Assembly: GCA_040954595.2 (NCBI GenBank)
Contig: CM082583.2
Location: 3,171,060-3,235,059 of the forward strand
From: Balanoglossus misakiensis
Lineage: Eukaryota > Animalia > Hemichordata
DNA length: 64,000 bases
Reading direction: 5' to 3'
The position numbers and the translations under genes were made by a program. Below, piece by piece: positions 62,501 to 64,000 of the stretch. Under the pieces are notes generated by a model, which had not been told where the DNA came from, searched no databases, and was given only the letters and a program-made list of their open reading frames with translations. Every line of letters begins with the position of its first letter. Positions within the stretch are counted from its first letter, which is position 1.

Positions 62501-64000
62501 GCTAGGCAACTGTTTTCTGAACTGTTGCCTGTCAGGCAACAGCGCTATACTGATGCACCCCATGTGACTGCACATAGGCAAATCACATCACAGATTACGG
62601 ATCTACATGATTTAAAGTCAAGTGCTCAAAAATTTCCAAAATAATTATTCGTTCGTGCATTGTAACTAATTTCTACGCAACTGCATACACATTCAGTATT
62701 CAACCTCAAATCTGGCCACCGATGGATGGGAGCAGTTAGAAACAAGTCTTTTTTCCCCCCCAGAGAATCTCACCTCATTAACAGTTCGCCTGATGACCTT
62801 GTTGTTTTCTATTATCTCTTCTGTGATAATATGTTTGACGACTGTGGCTACTACAGTTGTCACCAATGTTCGGCGGGTAATTTTGGTCACTGAAGTTTGA
62901 GTACTTGGAATTTCATTATTACCCTGGAGTTGAAACGAGAGAATCATGCAATAAATGAGTACCCATATGAGAAATTTAAACTAATTGAAAATACAATGGC
63001 TATATCAGATTCTCTCTCTGTCTGCTCACTGACATATTCTGGCCTCAAAATTACATCAACGATACTTTGCTCCTACTTTATCACCATTGATACATTCAAC
63101 TGTAGTCCCATATACTAAATCAGTTATATTATGTCTGGCATCAACACAAATCCACTTCGAAGGGGTGCCTTTAGTTAAATATTCACAATTAAAAATGTGA
63201 AAATAGATCAACAACTTGATGGAGAGCGTTCCAGTGACAAGATGAGTTTATCATGAGAAAATCGATCCTCAGAACAGTGAAACCAAATTTGAAACCACAG
63301 TGATATTCAAGATTATTATGAGCAGTCCTAGTACACAGCTGTAATTGCTCACACATGACCCACACCTCTGTAACACAGGCGTAAATTTTCCCAAGTGTAT
63401 ACATGTGAGATCCATAGCAGGCACACCAGGCCACTGGAAAATCTCACTTCCGGATTATAGCTAAGATGTTTAAGATCATTTGTGTTTATAAATTTTACAA
63501 GTAACAAAATTAATAGCTACCTTATTGGGTGTTTGGTCCTCATTTAATCTCTGTGGTATCTCCGACCGTTCACTTCCTCTCCTGTCTTGTTTTTCACCAC
63601 TGTCTTTATTTCCATAGTTTCTTTCTTCTCTGTTTCCATGGCTACCTCCCCCTCGACTATTCTCTCCTCCCCCATCAGCAGACAGGGCACAACCCCTGGT
63701 CTCTTTGTTCTCTTGATATCCGTCCTTCTCTTGGTTCACTTTGTGTGATTTTTTAGGAGTTGGAACTTTGTCAGATTGGGAGTCTGAGAAATCATAGGGA
63801 TCCCTGAAACCTCTGGTTCGTTCAGTGATGACCTTTGACTCCTGCTGGATCTCTTCACTCATTGGCTCTGTCCTGACCTCCAGTATCCCGACCTCTTCTT
63901 CATCTTCCTGCTGTGTTGTCTCCTCACCTCCTTGACTTCCTTGTTCTTGACTGTCTGCTAATTTTACAGATTTTCTCCTGCGCCTTTTTATAACCGGTTG
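53585..64000 (-). CDS. TP53BP1: TP53-binding protein 1 (53BP1) ortholog, 3' part; gene continues beyond the window
   Basis: Exons (64000)-63521, 62923-62774, 62011-60825, 60242-60115, 59268-59187, 58729-58629, 58292-58098, 57688-57308, 56941-56850, 55979-55857, 55531-55458, 54931-54771, 53760-53585, phases consistent. Domains: SQ/TQ-rich region, oligomerisation segment (TLVTTVVATVVKHIITEEII), tandem Tudor (VRVFARWQDKYYYPG, FEDGD), ISLDNLVTGKRSR, tandem BRCT ([52 protein letters not shown]). Confidence 0.95.
59630..59973 (+). mobile_element. 5'-truncated CR1/L2-type LINE fragment in a TP53BP1 intron (antisense)
   Basis: The translation PAYISDLLQPYTP...AFSYAAPKLWNALPLDIR...LETFKRKLKTHMF is the typical ORF2 C-terminus. 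A short 3' UTR and an (ATTG)n tail follow. Confidence 0.88.

Overview
AT-rich, intron-rich animal genomic DNA. From gene content and repeat types I infer an invertebrate deuterostome such as an acorn worm. All exon models were read by hand from GT-AG boundaries and reading phase. The + strand carries a tandem array of three membrane-type M1 (aminopeptidase N-like) genes. Copy 0 shows only its last four exons (5675-7341), with an apparent frameshift. Copy 1 is intact (8793-16195, 15 exons, ~974 aa). Copy 2 (17364-24578) has exon 2 split by a 1.6 kb Helentron-type non-autonomous element with a 239-bp tandem core. A repeat-rich interval (~24.7-42.4 kb) follows, with nested transposon relics, MITE-derived tandem repeats and a candidate spliced non-coding or decayed minus-strand locus. 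Next come an orphan hydrophobic ORF (43034, +), a complete 14-exon dcd1A-like secreted Ntn-hydrolase gene (44409-50865, -), and the 3' part of TP53BP1 (53585 to beyond 64000, -). No CRISPR array, rRNA or convincing tRNA was seen, and I found no clearly novel biological system. The best leads are the recent transposon knockout of the paralog with altered specificity residues, an MCM3/CTCF-like YDF motif in 53BP1, and several examples of transposons seeding tandem repeats.
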